DNA of 64,000 nucleotides from Candidatus Woesebacteria bacterium (lineage in GTDB: Bacteria; Patescibacteriota; Microgenomatia; UBA1400; UBA12108). The notes under the pieces are model-generated. The model worked only from the letters and a program-made list of their open reading frames with translations. It was not told the DNA's origin and searched no databases. Position numbers and translations under genes: made by a program. Numbering within the stretch: position 1 is the first letter of the stretch; each line of letters opens with the position of its first letter. Where the stretch lies: NCBI GenBank assembly GCA_018060845.1, contig JAGOVG010000002.1, positions 23,581 through 87,580 of the forward strand. Reading direction: 5' to 3'. Positions 19,900 to 31,205 of this stretch are shown piece after piece.

Positions 19900-20676
19900 A
19901 TGAAGTTGCCAAAAATTTCTATCGTTACTCCTAGCTACAATCAGGCTAAGTATATAAGAGCTACTATCGATAGTGTCCTTACCCAAGCCTACCCTAATCT
20001 CGAATATATCGTAATGGATGGAGGTAGTACGGACGGCACAGTTGAAATACTCAAAAGCTATGGCACTAAAATACGATGGGAGAGTAAAAAAGATAATGGT
20101 CAGACTCATGCAATTAACAAAGGGTTACGCCGAGCTACGGGACAGGTACTCGCATATCTCAACTCTGACGACATATATCTCCCTGGCACGCTTCAGACAG
20201 TAGGGGAGTATTACGCTCGGACCAAAGCCGATTGGATTACAGGGGATTGTATAGTAATAGATGAACACGGTAATCCTAGTCGTAGTAACTGGCTGATCTC
20301 AGGATATAAGCGTTTGCTTATGAAATTATATAGTCGTACTACACTTATGATCGCCGATTCGATGTTGCCGCAACCATCGACTTTCTGGTCCCGCAATGCA
20401 GCGAGTGTGGTAGGTGAGTTTAATGAAAAATATCACTACGTCATGGACTACGACTATTGGCTCAGATTATCTAAGCATTATCGTCCTCATGAACTCAAGG
20501 TTGCACTCTCTGGCTTTCGCGCCCAACCAGACAGTAAAAGCGAAACTAGTCGTCCAAAGTTAATGGCAGAAGGAGAATTGGCATTAGTGGCAAATGGAGC
20601 CAAACCCTGGCATCTCACTCTCCATCGAGCACATTCAGCAGTTGTTCGCCTAATCTACAACTTAATCAAGCAGTGA
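19900..20676 (+). CDS. GT2 family glycosyltransferase
   Basis: ISIVTPSYNQAKYIRATIDSVLTQAYPNLEYIVMDGGSTDGT. Confidence 0.75.
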   Translation: MKLPKISIVTPSYNQAKYIRATIDSVLTQAYPNLEYIVMDGGSTDGTVEILKSYGTKIRWESKKDNGQTHAINKGLRRATGQVLAYLNSDDIYLPGTLQTVGEYYARTKADWITGDCIVIDEHGNPSRSNWLISGYKRLLMKLYSRTTLMIADSMLPQPSTFWSRNAASVVGEFNEKYHYVMDYDYWLRLSKHYRPHELKVALSGFRAQPDSKSETSRPKLMAEGELALVANGAKPWHLTLHRAHSAVVRLIYNLIKQ

Positions 20677-20699
20677 ATACTTGATAGTAAATTAAATTA

Positions 20700-22079
20700 A
20701 TGAAATTAAATAAATTAACAATAATCGGAAGTGTCATTCTATGTATAGCTTTTGCATTATCAGGGACATTTGTTTCAGTACACCGATTCTATCAATTTGA
20801 TTCCTTTTACTATGATTTTGGTATTTTTGATCAAGCAATTTGGCGAGTCTCACAATTTAGTGCGCCAATAATAGATCATTATGTTGTTGGTGGATCATGG
20901 ATATTTGGCGATCATTTTAGCCCAGCTCTAATGTTGCTCGCCCCCATCTACTGGGCTACACACGCTCAAGAGGCCATATTCTTAGTTCAAGCTGCATTTG
21001 CAGCCTTAGCAGGGCTTGTCTTGTACAAGACAGCATATGCACTAACTAGTAATAATATTATCTCTCTCACAGTCCAAGTGGTTTTTTATCTATTTACTGG
21101 CCTACAAAACGCAGTGATTACAGATATCCATGAGTTAACATTCGCTACTCTCCCGATCTCAGTGGTTCTATATTCCCTCGTCACGCGTAATAAGCATATG
21201 TATATATTCTCATCACTATTTCTACTCCTCTTCAAAGAATCAACATTCCTCGTTATTTGTGGTATTCATTTCTATACTTGGTTAAAAGTAAAAGAATGGC
21301 GAAATACGGCTATTTTGCTCTCTATACTTAGTATTATTTATGCTTATTGCGTAATAACCTTTGTAATCCCAGCTTTTTCAAACTACTATCAATACAACTT
21401 TTTGTCTGGACACACCATTCGGAGTGCGATCAGCTCGCTCTATGACAACCCCATCAAGATAAAAACGGTGGTCGATAGTCTCACTAGCTTCTCATTTGCC
21501 GCGATATTTACACCAGCACTCTGGCCAACATACTTAGCTCATTACTGGGCACGATTTTTATCCACCGCTGGTTCGCGCTGGGAAATAGGACTTCACTACA
21601 ACGCTGAAATTGCACCTATATATGCTTTCTCATTGATGCTCATCTTACATAAAATAACTATTCACAAGAAGATGGCAACTCAGTTAGTGGTTGCTTTAGT
21701 TGTTGTAGCCATTGCACTCTATCAAAACTATGTTCGGCTGAAGATGCCCTTCTTAATGGCGACCAATCCCGCACTCTATCTTGCATCAGATCGAACAGTC
21801 GAAATACGAAAATATCTTAAACAAATGCCATCAGATCAAATAATTATGGCACCAAATCATCTAGCTGCCCATCTCACACATAAAAAAGTACTGCTCGCTC
21901 GCGATAAATATAAGGATTACGATCCAGAATACATAATATTTGATACTAATCCAGATCAAAGTGGTAATAACTGGTACGGTTTGAAAGATAAGGAGCAGTA
22001 TATTAAAAATGTGTCTGCAGATTTTGATTATATGCTGATACAATCAATCTCTAGTTACCAAATTTATAAGAAGAACTGA
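20700..22079 (+). CDS. Polytopic membrane protein, DUF2079-like (putative GT-C glycosyltransferase)
   Basis: 459 aa. [17 protein letters not shown] matches the conserved HF.P segment of the DUF2079 family. Confidence 0.45.
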   Translation: MKLNKLTIIGSVILCIAFALSGTFVSVHRFYQFDSFYYDFGIFDQAIWRVSQFSAPIIDHYVVGGSWIFGDHFSPALMLLAPIYWATHAQEAIFLVQAAFAALAGLVLYKTAYALTSNNIISLTVQVVFYLFTGLQNAVITDIHELTFATLPISVVLYSLVTRNKHMYIFSSLFLLLFKESTFLVICGIHFYTWLKVKEWRNTAILLSILSIIYAYCVITFVIPAFSNYYQYNFLSGHTIRSAISSLYDNPIKIKTVVDSLTSFSFAAIFTPALWPTYLAHYWARFLSTAGSRWEIGLHYNAEIAPIYAFSLMLILHKITIHKKMATQLVVALVVVAIALYQNYVRLKMPFLMATNPALYLASDRTVEIRKYLKQMPSDQIIMAPNHLAAHLTHKKVLLARDKYKDYDPEYIIFDTNPDQSGNNWYGLKDKEQYIKNVSADFDYMLIQSISSYQIYKKN

Positions 22080-22080
22080 T

Positions 22081-23025
22081 ATGTCTAATGACTCTTGGGC
22101 AAACAAGCGAGTAGTTGTAACCGGCGGTGCAGGGTTCCTGGGATCGAATGTAGTTAAACAACTAGAAGATTTAAGCGTTAAGGATATTGTAATTCCTCGC
22201 TCAAATACTAACGATCTAAGATCTCAAGAGGCTTGTGCCAAAGTGGTAGAAGGAGCAGATATAGTCATTCATTTAGCTGCCAACGTCGGTGGTATTGGAT
22301 ATAACCGCGACTTCCCTGGGACGCTCTTTTACGATAACCTCCTAATGGGTGTACATATGATGGAAGAGAGTAGGAAGGCAGGGGTTAAAAAATTTGTCGC
22401 TATCGGAACAATTTGCGCCTACCCAAAATTCGCCCCAATCCCTTTCAAAGAACAAGATCTTTGGGATGGTTACCCAGAGGAGACAAATGCTCCCTATGGT
22501 CTAGCCAAAAAGATGATGTTAGTCCAGAGTACTGCGTACAGGGATCAGTACAACTTTAATAGCATCTTTCTCCTACCAGTAAACTTATACGGTCCAGGTG
22601 ATAACTTTGAGCCGGGCAGTAGTCACGTGATACCTGCGCTTATAAAAAAATTTGTCGAAGCAAAACAAAATGGATCCAATAGCGTCGAAGTATGGGGAGA
22701 TGGCGCTGCTACTCGGGAATTTTGTTATGTTGATGATGCTGCAAAGGGCATTATTCTCGCAACTGAAAAGTATAATAAGAGTGAGCCTGTAAATATCGGT
22801 GCAGGCTTCGAAATATCGATACACGATCTCGCAAACAAAATTTCAGATTTGATAGGTTACACTGGTCAAATAATCTGGGACAAATCCAAACCGAATGGTC
22901 AGCCTAGACGAATGCTAGATGTGTCACGCGCAGCATCCGAATTTGGTTTTACTGCAAACACTACCTTTGACGTAGGATTATCAAAAACAGTGAGTTGGTA
23001 TATCAATAACGTCTCAAAAATATGA
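22081..23025 (+). CDS. NAD(P)-dependent epimerase/reductase, GDP-L-fucose synthase (Fcl/WcaG)-like
   Basis: [15 protein letters not shown] Rossmann motif. [34 protein letters not shown] parallels the Fcl catalytic Y-x3-K region. Confidence 0.65.
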   Translation: MSNDSWANKRVVVTGGAGFLGSNVVKQLEDLSVKDIVIPRSNTNDLRSQEACAKVVEGADIVIHLAANVGGIGYNRDFPGTLFYDNLLMGVHMMEESRKAGVKKFVAIGTICAYPKFAPIPFKEQDLWDGYPEETNAPYGLAKKMMLVQSTAYRDQYNFNSIFLLPVNLYGPGDNFEPGSSHVIPALIKKFVEAKQNGSNSVEVWGDGAATREFCYVDDAAKGIILATEKYNKSEPVNIGAGFEISIHDLANKISDLIGYTGQIIWDKSKPNGQPRRMLDVSRAASEFGFTANTTFDVGLSKTVSWYINNVSKI

Positions 23026-23975
23026 ACTGGTATAGGCATTACATCGGGCTATATCTCAGCGTTTTCTCAGTGTTGATGGCTGCCATAGAAACCTACAAAT
23101 ATCCTGGATTTATATTCAAGCATTTCAATTTTTTGCCGATGATATTTTATGTTATTACTGGTATAGCAATAATTGCTATCAAGCTATACCCTCCGCCAAC
23201 TCCAGAAAAATCTCTCCTAGCCATAACATTTAGATTACTGGCAATTTATGCCATCATTTTGACAGGCGTGTTCTATATTATCGAAACAATAACTTATCCG
23301 AACTTCATTTTTACTTACCTCCATGTCCACCTAGATGGTTTGCAGATCCTAACGGGTATGCTTTTTGTATACTTTGCCTTATCAAACCTCATGCATAGAC
23401 ACTATGTCGCTATTCTAAACAGCACCTTTCTTCTGGCCATATCATCACTCTTAATAAACTATGCGATCATCAATACGATAGATGTAACAAAATTAGTGAA
23501 AAAAGAAGTCAAGGCCATGCAGATACCTGCAAAAAATGACGAAGAAAAAAACGAAGCAGGGTGGGGAACAATCTATCTATATGCACAAATGCTAAAACAA
23601 GCTACCCCTGAAGATGCGGTTATCGCAATGCCACCGGCTCAAAATCACTGGCTATACTCTGGCAACATAGTATTGATGCGTTACTTTTTGTACCCACGGA
23701 CTCTCGTTAACGTCAAAGAAACCGCCGACCCTTCAACACTCCTCGAACTACCCGATCAAGAGTATGGTTATGTCGCACTCGTTTGGGGTGAGTCAAATGA
23801 GCGTGATATGTCTCCCTATGGTTGGCCAAAGACTAGTATCAGCGCAGAATATATAGACTACTTTGACCTAAGTAGTAAGACCACTAAACGTGAGGTTAAT
23901 ACAGAATATCTACCCACTGTTTTAAATGAGTCTATATGGGGAGTAATTAAGGTTAAGCAAGAGGAGTCGCAATGA
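23022..23975 (+). CDS. Polytopic membrane protein, unknown function
   Basis: 317 aa, multiple TM helices, C-terminal soluble segment. ATGA overlap. Confidence 0.5.
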   Translation: MNWYRHYIGLYLSVFSVLMAAIETYKYPGFIFKHFNFLPMIFYVITGIAIIAIKLYPPPTPEKSLLAITFRLLAIYAIILTGVFYIIETITYPNFIFTYLHVHLDGLQILTGMLFVYFALSNLMHRHYVAILNSTFLLAISSLLINYAIINTIDVTKLVKKEVKAMQIPAKNDEEKNEAGWGTIYLYAQMLKQATPEDAVIAMPPAQNHWLYSGNIVLMRYFLYPRTLVNVKETADPSTLLELPDQEYGYVALVWGESNERDMSPYGWPKTSISAEYIDYFDLSSKTTKREVNTEYLPTVLNESIWGVIKVKQEESQ

Positions 23976-25267
23976 TGTTAATATTGATCACGCTACTCGT
24001 CATTATCGGTGGGTTCATCCTAGGTAGATATTTATACCCAGCCGCAAACACTCCTATCTCTATAAGTATTGGTATTCTCCTAGGAACAGGTCTCTATATT
24101 ATCTCGATGTATCTACTCGGATTGCTAGGAATTTCGTGGACTCAACTGAGTTTAACTCTGTTGGCATTAATCATATTTGTTGCCTCACTACCTCTCGTTA
24201 GGTTGATTACAAAACCAACCAATGCCCCTAACCAAACTCTAGGAATTGTTGTAGTTTTGCTTTTTACTAGTTTTTCGATGATAGTTAATTCGTATTGGCC
24301 AGTTCGAGACTGGGATGCGCTTACTCTCTATGATTTTAGAGCCAAAGTATTTTCTGAGAACCAAGAAATAGCTGGTATCTTTACTCCCGAGCTCAACTAC
24401 TATTTAGCCTACCCTTTCTTTACTTCTTTAGTTCATACAGTATCTTATGTCTTCGAATATGCGAGGCCTGCAATTTACTACAGTTTGGTATATGCAGTAC
24501 TCGGGTTATTTATCTTCGGCTTTTTGAGTCAAAAGGTGTCAAAAGTTCTTTCAATTATCTTTACCATCTTAGTGATGCTGAGTGGTGACATCTTTAACCA
24601 TTCATTCATTTCTTATACCAACCTCACTTATACTACATATTTTGTAGTCGGGATGCTTACCTTTTCCGAAGGGATAGCAACTAAAAAGATCAAGCTATTG
24701 ATCTTGGGTTCAACGTTGATAGGGGTTATGCAGCACGTTAGATATGATGACCCATTTTGGATCATACCAATGCTAATTTCTGGCTTATTATTTATTAAGA
24801 GTAAAAACTACAAGCCATTACTCATCTCTATTATAATAGTTTTACTATTTAGATTTCTCTGGTCAGGATACAAGAGCGCCATGATGCATGGGTATATGCC
24901 AGTTGGGTCACTAACTACACCTAATTTACTAGAAACATTGCTCTCTACCGATATATTACAACGAGTCGTTGATGTCTCGACATTTTTATATAAAACACTC
25001 TGGCTAAAATATGGAATCCTGATTTACATATTTATCTTTTCAGTTCTGATCTCATGGAGAAAAAAATCAGAACTTCTCCGCCTTAGCCAATTTACTACAT
25101 TTCTCATCCTTGCCATACTTTATTTTGGGACCATAGCAATGAGCTATTTATACGCAAAATGGAACGTAGTTGGAGGGTCCGTTGCACGAATGATGATGAT
25201 CCTAATCCCTACATCATTAGTCTCAGCTTGCCTCGCTCTCGGAGAATATTTTAATGAAAAAAAGTAG
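23972..25267 (+). CDS. Polytopic membrane protein (GT-C-like candidate)
   Basis: 431 aa with about 12 TM helices. WPVRDWDALTLYDFRAK loop. GAGGAG RBS at 23961-23966. ATGA overlap. Confidence 0.45.
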   Translation: MMLILITLLVIIGGFILGRYLYPAANTPISISIGILLGTGLYIISMYLLGLLGISWTQLSLTLLALIIFVASLPLVRLITKPTNAPNQTLGIVVVLLFTSFSMIVNSYWPVRDWDALTLYDFRAKVFSENQEIAGIFTPELNYYLAYPFFTSLVHTVSYVFEYARPAIYYSLVYAVLGLFIFGFLSQKVSKVLSIIFTILVMLSGDIFNHSFISYTNLTYTTYFVVGMLTFSEGIATKKIKLLILGSTLIGVMQHVRYDDPFWIIPMLISGLLFIKSKNYKPLLISIIIVLLFRFLWSGYKSAMMHGYMPVGSLTTPNLLETLLSTDILQRVVDVSTFLYKTLWLKYGILIYIFIFSVLISWRKKSELLRLSQFTTFLILAILYFGTIAMSYLYAKWNVVGGSVARMMMILIPTSLVSACLALGEYFNEKK

Positions 25268-26333
25268 AACTTTAATCTTGGGATATGGCTTAAATCCAGA
25301 TCGAACTGAGGCGATCGCTAAATCAGCAATCAAGCTACAACGTATTCATGGGAAAATTGGCCTAGCCTGCGACATCGTGTCGATCGACCAAATAGTAGGA
25401 ACTGAATCTCTCATAAAATGTATAGTTAACCATCGTAAAATTACAGAGAGATTAATCCAATTAATATCAAATAATCACTACACGCATATTGTGGATGTTT
25501 TTGCCTTACCTATCTCTTCACTCGTTTTTACCAAACCCATCTTGGCGAAATTTCCTGGCATAGTATTTATCAAGGAAATTCAAAATGATTATGGATCTTC
25601 TCGTCATTTAACCTACGAAACACTTATCAGGATAATCGGGAATAACAAAATAATATTTGACTATGTCCGTAAAGCAGCAAATATCTGTTTTAGTCGTAAT
25701 CTAAATCTATGCAACAAATACTCACTCCACTACCTACCAACCTCGATACCCACAAAGCCACTTATGGAAAGACGTTATAAGTCTACTCTGAGTGTTTGCT
25801 ACTTAGGGCACCCTTTAGCCAAAAAAGGCATATCGATATTTCCAGAGATCTTCAAAGACTCTGGGTTCGGCAATAAATCTATAAAATACAGCTTCGCTTT
25901 TAGCGACATTGGGCCTAGAGACGAAGTGATCAAAGAATTTACAGTCGTGGCAGAGGAAAATAATATAAAAATTAACATCGAAGGTAAAGTAGATCCGGCT
26001 ACTTTTTTCCGTAAGAATGATATCTATCTCTTGCCTATCCATGACCAGTTTGGTGCTGCCTCTACACCCAATACTGTGTTAGAAGCGATGGAGGCGGGGT
26101 GCGTCGTTATGACTACTCCTATAGAATCAGTGCAGGGAGTCTTAAATGATCAAAACTCAATCTTGCTAAAAACTATAGATACATCTACGATACATGAAGC
26201 ATTAGTTACTTGCCAGAAAGACATAAAGACCCTACTCAACAAATCAAAAACTGGCAGGAGGGTTATAATTAATAAATATTCTGAAAGTAATTATATTTTA
26301 CATTTAAGGAAATTATATGAAACGAAAAAATAA
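25254..26333 (+). CDS. GT4-like glycosyltransferase (GT-B)
   Basis: C-terminal FGAASTPNTVLEAMEAGCVVMTTP block. The N-terminal half is divergent. Confidence 0.5.
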   Translation: MKKSRTLILGYGLNPDRTEAIAKSAIKLQRIHGKIGLACDIVSIDQIVGTESLIKCIVNHRKITERLIQLISNNHYTHIVDVFALPISSLVFTKPILAKFPGIVFIKEIQNDYGSSRHLTYETLIRIIGNNKIIFDYVRKAANICFSRNLNLCNKYSLHYLPTSIPTKPLMERRYKSTLSVCYLGHPLAKKGISIFPEIFKDSGFGNKSIKYSFAFSDIGPRDEVIKEFTVVAEENNIKINIEGKVDPATFFRKNDIYLLPIHDQFGAASTPNTVLEAMEAGCVVMTTPIESVQGVLNDQNSILLKTIDTSTIHEALVTCQKDIKTLLNKSKTGRRVIINKYSESNYILHLRKLYETKK

Positions 26334-27051
26334 AAAAGAAATTCAGAAGTATTATCAGATCAACGATGTTGCATCTACCTATGACGATCGACGCTTTGTA
26401 GGTAAAGGTGGGGAATATATAAATAGTACCGAAGTCAAAACTACGCTAAACATCATGAAAAAATGTTTGCGCGTCGACTCTCCTAAGATTCTAGATTTAG
26501 GATCAGGTCGTGGCAGGCTCTCTATACCTCTAAAAAAAGCCGGTTATAACACATATTGCCTGGATTCAAGCGTTAGTATGTTATCATTTTTGACTAAAGA
26601 ATTTGGTCGAGAGCATATCTATATCCAATCGGTATTTGACAAACTAGCCTCTAATAACAAATTTGACGGAGTTACTTCTCTTCGTTTTTTTGATCACTTT
26701 GACGAGGCTGATCAGATTAAGATACTGATCAATGTCTCCAAATCATTAAAAAAAGATGGCAAGTTCTTTTTGAGCGGTCTAAGCAGTAGCTCGCTCGAGT
26801 ATCTGGTTTCATTTCTCTATCCTTACGGTAGATACAACTACTACCTACCACCTTCGGCCTACTCCAAAATATTCGCCAAAGCTGGCCTTCGGCTAACTAC
26901 TTACGATAGCGCGTTTTTTATACCACGCGGCGTATTTTTGCATACCAATAATTATCCTAAATTGCAGAGCATCTTAGTAGCTATAGACTCCTTTATGATC
27001 AGATTACTGCCATCACTAGGGGCTATGAAAATTTTTGCACTAGAAAAGTAA
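26317..27051 (+). CDS. Class I SAM-dependent methyltransferase
   Basis: ILDLGSGRGRLS (motif I, GxGxG) and downstream acidic motif II. Confidence 0.65.
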   Translation: MKRKNKKEIQKYYQINDVASTYDDRRFVGKGGEYINSTEVKTTLNIMKKCLRVDSPKILDLGSGRGRLSIPLKKAGYNTYCLDSSVSMLSFLTKEFGREHIYIQSVFDKLASNNKFDGVTSLRFFDHFDEADQIKILINVSKSLKKDGKFFLSGLSSSSLEYLVSFLYPYGRYNYYLPPSAYSKIFAKAGLRLTTYDSAFFIPRGVFLHTNNYPKLQSILVAIDSFMIRLLPSLGAMKIFALEK

Positions 27052-27055
27052 TACT

Positions 27056-28108
27056 ATGATCGCAGTTATCTACGGGACTCGACCAGAAATAATAAAGCTG
27101 AGTCCGATAATCAGATCGGCTATCGAGCAGGAACGTGATCTTGTTACCATTCATACTGGACAGCACTTTTCTCGTAACATGAATGATGTTTTTTTTGACA
27201 ACTTAGAGCTTCCGCGTCCCGATTACGAATTAAATGTAGGCTCCAAATCGCATGCTGAAATGGTCGCCGAGGCACTAGTTGGGATCGAAAAAATATTATT
27301 AAAACATAAGCCAACTATTGTTTTAGTCCAGGGTGACACTAACTCTGCTCTCGCAGGTGCTCTAGCCGCCGCAAAATTAGGGATCAAAGTCGGTCATATC
27401 GAGGCTGGACTTAGGAGCTTTGACCGCCGAATGCCAGAAGAACTAAATCGCGTCCTGATTGACCATATGTCTGATCTGCTTTTTGCACCTACCGATATAG
27501 CCTCTAACTTTTTGCTTAGCGAGGGGATAGATAAGGATAAGATAAAAGTAGTCGGTAATACGATAGCTGACGCTCTCAAATATGGTCTTAAAAAATCAAT
27601 CAATACACCACTACCACTCTCGCAAACTTCAAAACAATACTACCTAGCCACTCTCCATCGTCAAGAAAATGTCGATGATCCGATCATCCTCAAACAAATC
27701 ATAACTAACTTCAAAAGCATTACAAAAGATTTTTCAACCACGCTAGTATTGCCGCTTCATCCTCGAACTAAGCAGCTACTCAGCACGAACAACATCAATA
27801 CCACCGGGATTAGTGTAATCGAACCCCAGGATTACTTTAACTTCCTCTCTTTACTTAGTAACGCGAAATTGGTACTTACTGACTCCGGGGGTATCCAAGA
27901 GGAGGCATGTATCTTAGGGATTCCATGCATCACTCTACGTGACAATACCGAACGACCAGAGACAGTAGAGCTAAAGTCGAATATCCTCGTAGGCAGTGAT
28001 CTAACTCAAACAATTAACGCGATAAACTATTTCGAGTCTCACCAGGATGGCTGGAAGCAGCCATATGGCGAAGGTGATACAGCTGAGAGGATACTTTCGT
28101 CGCTATGA
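27056..28108 (+). CDS. wecB: UDP-N-acetylglucosamine 2-epimerase (non-hydrolysing)
   Basis: MIAVIYGTRPEIIKLSPII, HTGQH, GHIEAGLRSFD, DSGGIQEEA are hallmark WecB/MnaA motifs. Confidence 0.85.
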   Translation: MIAVIYGTRPEIIKLSPIIRSAIEQERDLVTIHTGQHFSRNMNDVFFDNLELPRPDYELNVGSKSHAEMVAEALVGIEKILLKHKPTIVLVQGDTNSALAGALAAAKLGIKVGHIEAGLRSFDRRMPEELNRVLIDHMSDLLFAPTDIASNFLLSEGIDKDKIKVVGNTIADALKYGLKKSINTPLPLSQTSKQYYLATLHRQENVDDPIILKQIITNFKSITKDFSTTLVLPLHPRTKQLLSTNNINTTGISVIEPQDYFNFLSLLSNAKLVLTDSGGIQEEACILGIPCITLRDNTERPETVELKSNILVGSDLTQTINAINYFESHQDGWKQPYGEGDTAERILSSL

Positions 28109-30342
28109 AAATCCTCTATATGGTCGACTACTATCAGCCGCAGATAGGGTACAACGAGTACTATCTCCCATCTGAGTGGTCGCGACTTGGCCATGATGTC
28201 ACAATCCTGACTTCTGATCACTACTATCCTTTTCCTAACTATGAGGAGACTGTAGGTAAACTGCTCGGTGCACGTCGTCAAAAACCAGGGATTTATAAGC
28301 AAGACAAGATCACGGTTATTAAAAAGCCCATGCAGTTTGAAGTCTTTACTAGAGCAGTATTCGGTGGTCATGAGTCAATAATTAACAAAATACGACCCGA
28401 CATTGTAATCGTAAATAAGTCATCTAGCTATAACTCATTCCAAGCAGCTAGGTTAAAAAAGAAATATCACTACAAATTAATCACATATGATGCCCATTTG
28501 ATGTCTGGGTACAACGCCGTCGGAAATGTTGCGTTCAAAGATTTTGTTTATTGGCTGTATCGCTTGACCATATCGAGATATATGAACAAGAGAGTAGACA
28601 AATACATCGCAGTGCAAGAAGGCACGGTTGATGTGATGATCAACTTGTATGGTCAAAAACCTGTAGAACACATACCGCTTGGTACCGATCCTGAGCGTTT
28701 TAGGTATGATATTGCAGCAAGGCGGGAAACAAGAAAAAAATATCAGATTCCGATCACTGCGAGCGTTGGGATATATACTGGCAAAATAATCCCTACTAAA
28801 GGCGTATCTATCTTATATGAGGCATTTGGTAGACTAGCCAAAAAAAATCCCAACCTACACCTCTTAATCGTTGGTTCAGGAGGTGCTGACTACATCAAAC
28901 AATGCGAAAGTCTAGTTGACTCAAAATATCTCAAGCGAATCCATCTAGTTGGATTTAAGGAAACCAAAGAGTTATACAAATTCTACTCAGCATCAGATTT
29001 TGGGATCTGGCCTCTAGAAGAATCTACTTCAATGAATGATGCTGCAGCGTGTGAAATACCCTTTATAGCTAACGACGAAGCCGGGGTGAAGCAAAGGTTC
29101 AAAAATGACAATGCGCTTAAATATCTGAGAGGTGATAGTAGAGACCTCTCAGTTAAAATGGAGTACCTAATTAACAACCCCAAGGAAGCTAAAAACATGG
29201 GAAAAAGGGGTAGAGAGTTAATTTTGAATGAGCTTAGTTGGAACAAGATCGCAAAGCAGTATTTATCTGTCATAAAGGGTGACGTAGAGCAAGACCTAAG
29301 TAAAACCCTTGATTGGCTAGAAGAAGCGCAGCGTGTAACTGGAGACGGAGGTGTGTCAGCATACCATATGATAATCAGAGGGTGGGCACCTTCTTTTATC
29401 GAAACGACTGGATATATTATATCGACGTTTCTAGATGCCGCTAAACATAAGAATAATAAAATATATCTTCGTCTCGCTATCAAGATGGGGGATTTCATTA
29501 TCAGCAATCAGCTAGGTAATGGTGGGTATCGAACTTATACCAAAGGGCATGTTGAATTATCTGAACCTACGATCTTTAACACAGCTCAAGACATTATTGG
29601 ATTAGTCGACCTATATCTTGTAACTAAAGACAAAAAGTATCTTAACTCAGCTCAGCTAGCCGGAGATTTTTTAGTTTCTTCTCAAAATCAGGATGGATCA
29701 TGGACTCAGTTTACCCATAATAGCGTGCCAAAAACATATCACTCACGAGTAGCTTATGCACTCCTAAAATTATATGAAATCAATCGCAAGTTAACATTTA
29801 AGAAAGCAGCGATAAAGCAGCTAGATTGGGTGCTATCAAGACAGCTAAAGAATGGTTTTGTCACTAATGCCGAGTTGCCAGTCGCTAAATATCCTTTTAC
29901 CATCACTCATACGATTGCGTATGTCGCCGAAGGATTGTTATACAGTGCAAAAATCTTAAAATCAAACAAATATCAAACAGCAGCTCTAAGAATTATTGAT
30001 AAAGTTCATCGGCACTATCTCTCATACAACGAACTCCCGTCATATTTTGATCAAAACTGGAAACCACAGGAGAAGTTTGGATGTCTGACTGGTGAAGCTC
30101 AGTTTGCGATCCTATTTATGGAGACGTACAAAATCAAGAACGATCAGTCTTATCTATCAAGCGCATACAACCTTATTAATAGAATAGGGGTAGACATGTC
30201 GGCTACGGGTGGTATCCCAGGTTCCAGACCAATATACGGAGATTTATTGCACAACCGGGGTTATTGTCGCTTATCTTATATCAACTGGGCAGCAAAGTTT
30301 ACCGCTGATGCCGAAATGTTATTCTTAAGTATATGGAAATAA
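28105..30342 (+). CDS. Bifunctional-looking protein: N-terminal GT4 glycosyltransferase fused to a C-terminal alpha/alpha-toroid (six-hairpin, QW-repeat-like) domain
   Basis: 745 aa. The GT4 region spans roughly residues 1-390. The C-terminal portion (about 350 aa) has repeated Q..(D/N)G(S/G)(W/Y) units (QNQDGSWTQ, NQLGNGGYRT, RQLKNGFVT) reminiscent of prenyltransferase/terpene-cyclase or AGE-type toroids. Confidence 0.55.
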   Translation: MKILYMVDYYQPQIGYNEYYLPSEWSRLGHDVTILTSDHYYPFPNYEETVGKLLGARRQKPGIYKQDKITVIKKPMQFEVFTRAVFGGHESIINKIRPDIVIVNKSSSYNSFQAARLKKKYHYKLITYDAHLMSGYNAVGNVAFKDFVYWLYRLTISRYMNKRVDKYIAVQEGTVDVMINLYGQKPVEHIPLGTDPERFRYDIAARRETRKKYQIPITASVGIYTGKIIPTKGVSILYEAFGRLAKKNPNLHLLIVGSGGADYIKQCESLVDSKYLKRIHLVGFKETKELYKFYSASDFGIWPLEESTSMNDAAACEIPFIANDEAGVKQRFKNDNALKYLRGDSRDLSVKMEYLINNPKEAKNMGKRGRELILNELSWNKIAKQYLSVIKGDVEQDLSKTLDWLEEAQRVTGDGGVSAYHMIIRGWAPSFIETTGYIISTFLDAAKHKNNKIYLRLAIKMGDFIISNQLGNGGYRTYTKGHVELSEPTIFNTAQDIIGLVDLYLVTKDKKYLNSAQLAGDFLVSSQNQDGSWTQFTHNSVPKTYHSRVAYALLKLYEINRKLTFKKAAIKQLDWVLSRQLKNGFVTNAELPVAKYPFTITHTIAYVAEGLLYSAKILKSNKYQTAALRIIDKVHRHYLSYNELPSYFDQNWKPQEKFGCLTGEAQFAILFMETYKIKNDQSYLSSAYNLINRIGVDMSATGGIPGSRPIYGDLLHNRGYCRLSYINWAAKFTADAEMLFLSIWK

Positions 30343-31205
30343 TAATAAAAGCGTTGATTCGCGTTTACTCGCACCCTAATAATCAAGGAAAAATATTCCT
30401 CACAACCTTACGACTAATCTGGTGGATGATAAACCGACACTTCCTTAAATTGAATGTAATTGTCGAAATGTTGCCAGGTGCAAAGCTAATCTGTGATCCT
30501 AAAAGCTCATATGGTAGTCTAGTTTTCTACAATTCCTTACCAGAGTACGCCGAACAAATGTTTATGTATCAATATGTGCAAGCAAATGACAAAGTAGTCG
30601 ACGTTGGCGCACATATCGGCAGTGAAACGGTCTTACTTGGCTCAAAGCTAACTGGAGGGCGTATGTACAGTTTTGAACCAACGCCTTCAGTTAAACCTCT
30701 CCTCGTCGCAAATATTGGCATCAACAATTTGCACGATCGGGTAGTGGTCGAAGATATGGCAGTGTCAGACCATGTTGGCTCAACCCAATTCTATCTATCG
30801 ACCGAGTCAGAGGTGAATAGTCTCCACAATCATGAGGGATCAAAAGCGATAAGCATCAAAACCACCACATTAGATATCTACGCCAAAAAACTTAAGATAG
30901 ACCATATACATTTACTCAAAATAGATGTCGAAGGTCATGAGCTCGCTGTAATCTCTGGTTCTAAATCTCTCTTATCTAAACACAACATTGATGTGATAGT
31001 ATTTGAAGTTAATGATCAATCAGGTAGCTGTTACCAGGATAACCTTAAGGCTCGAGAATTACTAACTCGCTCAGGATACAAGCTCTATTTAGTCTCGCAA
31101 GATGGTGTGTTATCTAACTATGTACACTGTCCCCAGGTGCATAATTGCATAGCTATCTCCCCAAAAATTAAACCATCACGGATGAAAAATCTCAGGTATG
31201 AATAA
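30333..31205 (+). CDS. FkbM-family methyltransferase
   Basis: VVDVGAHIGSETV, YSFEPTPS, IDHIHLLKIDVEGHE are FkbM-domain signatures. Confidence 0.7.
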   Translation: MEIIIKALIRVYSHPNNQGKIFLTTLRLIWWMINRHFLKLNVIVEMLPGAKLICDPKSSYGSLVFYNSLPEYAEQMFMYQYVQANDKVVDVGAHIGSETVLLGSKLTGGRMYSFEPTPSVKPLLVANIGINNLHDRVVVEDMAVSDHVGSTQFYLSTESEVNSLHNHEGSKAISIKTTTLDIYAKKLKIDHIHLLKIDVEGHELAVISGSKSLLSKHNIDVIVFEVNDQSGSCYQDNLKARELLTRSGYKLYLVSQDGVLSNYVHCPQVHNCIAISPKIKPSRMKNLRYE

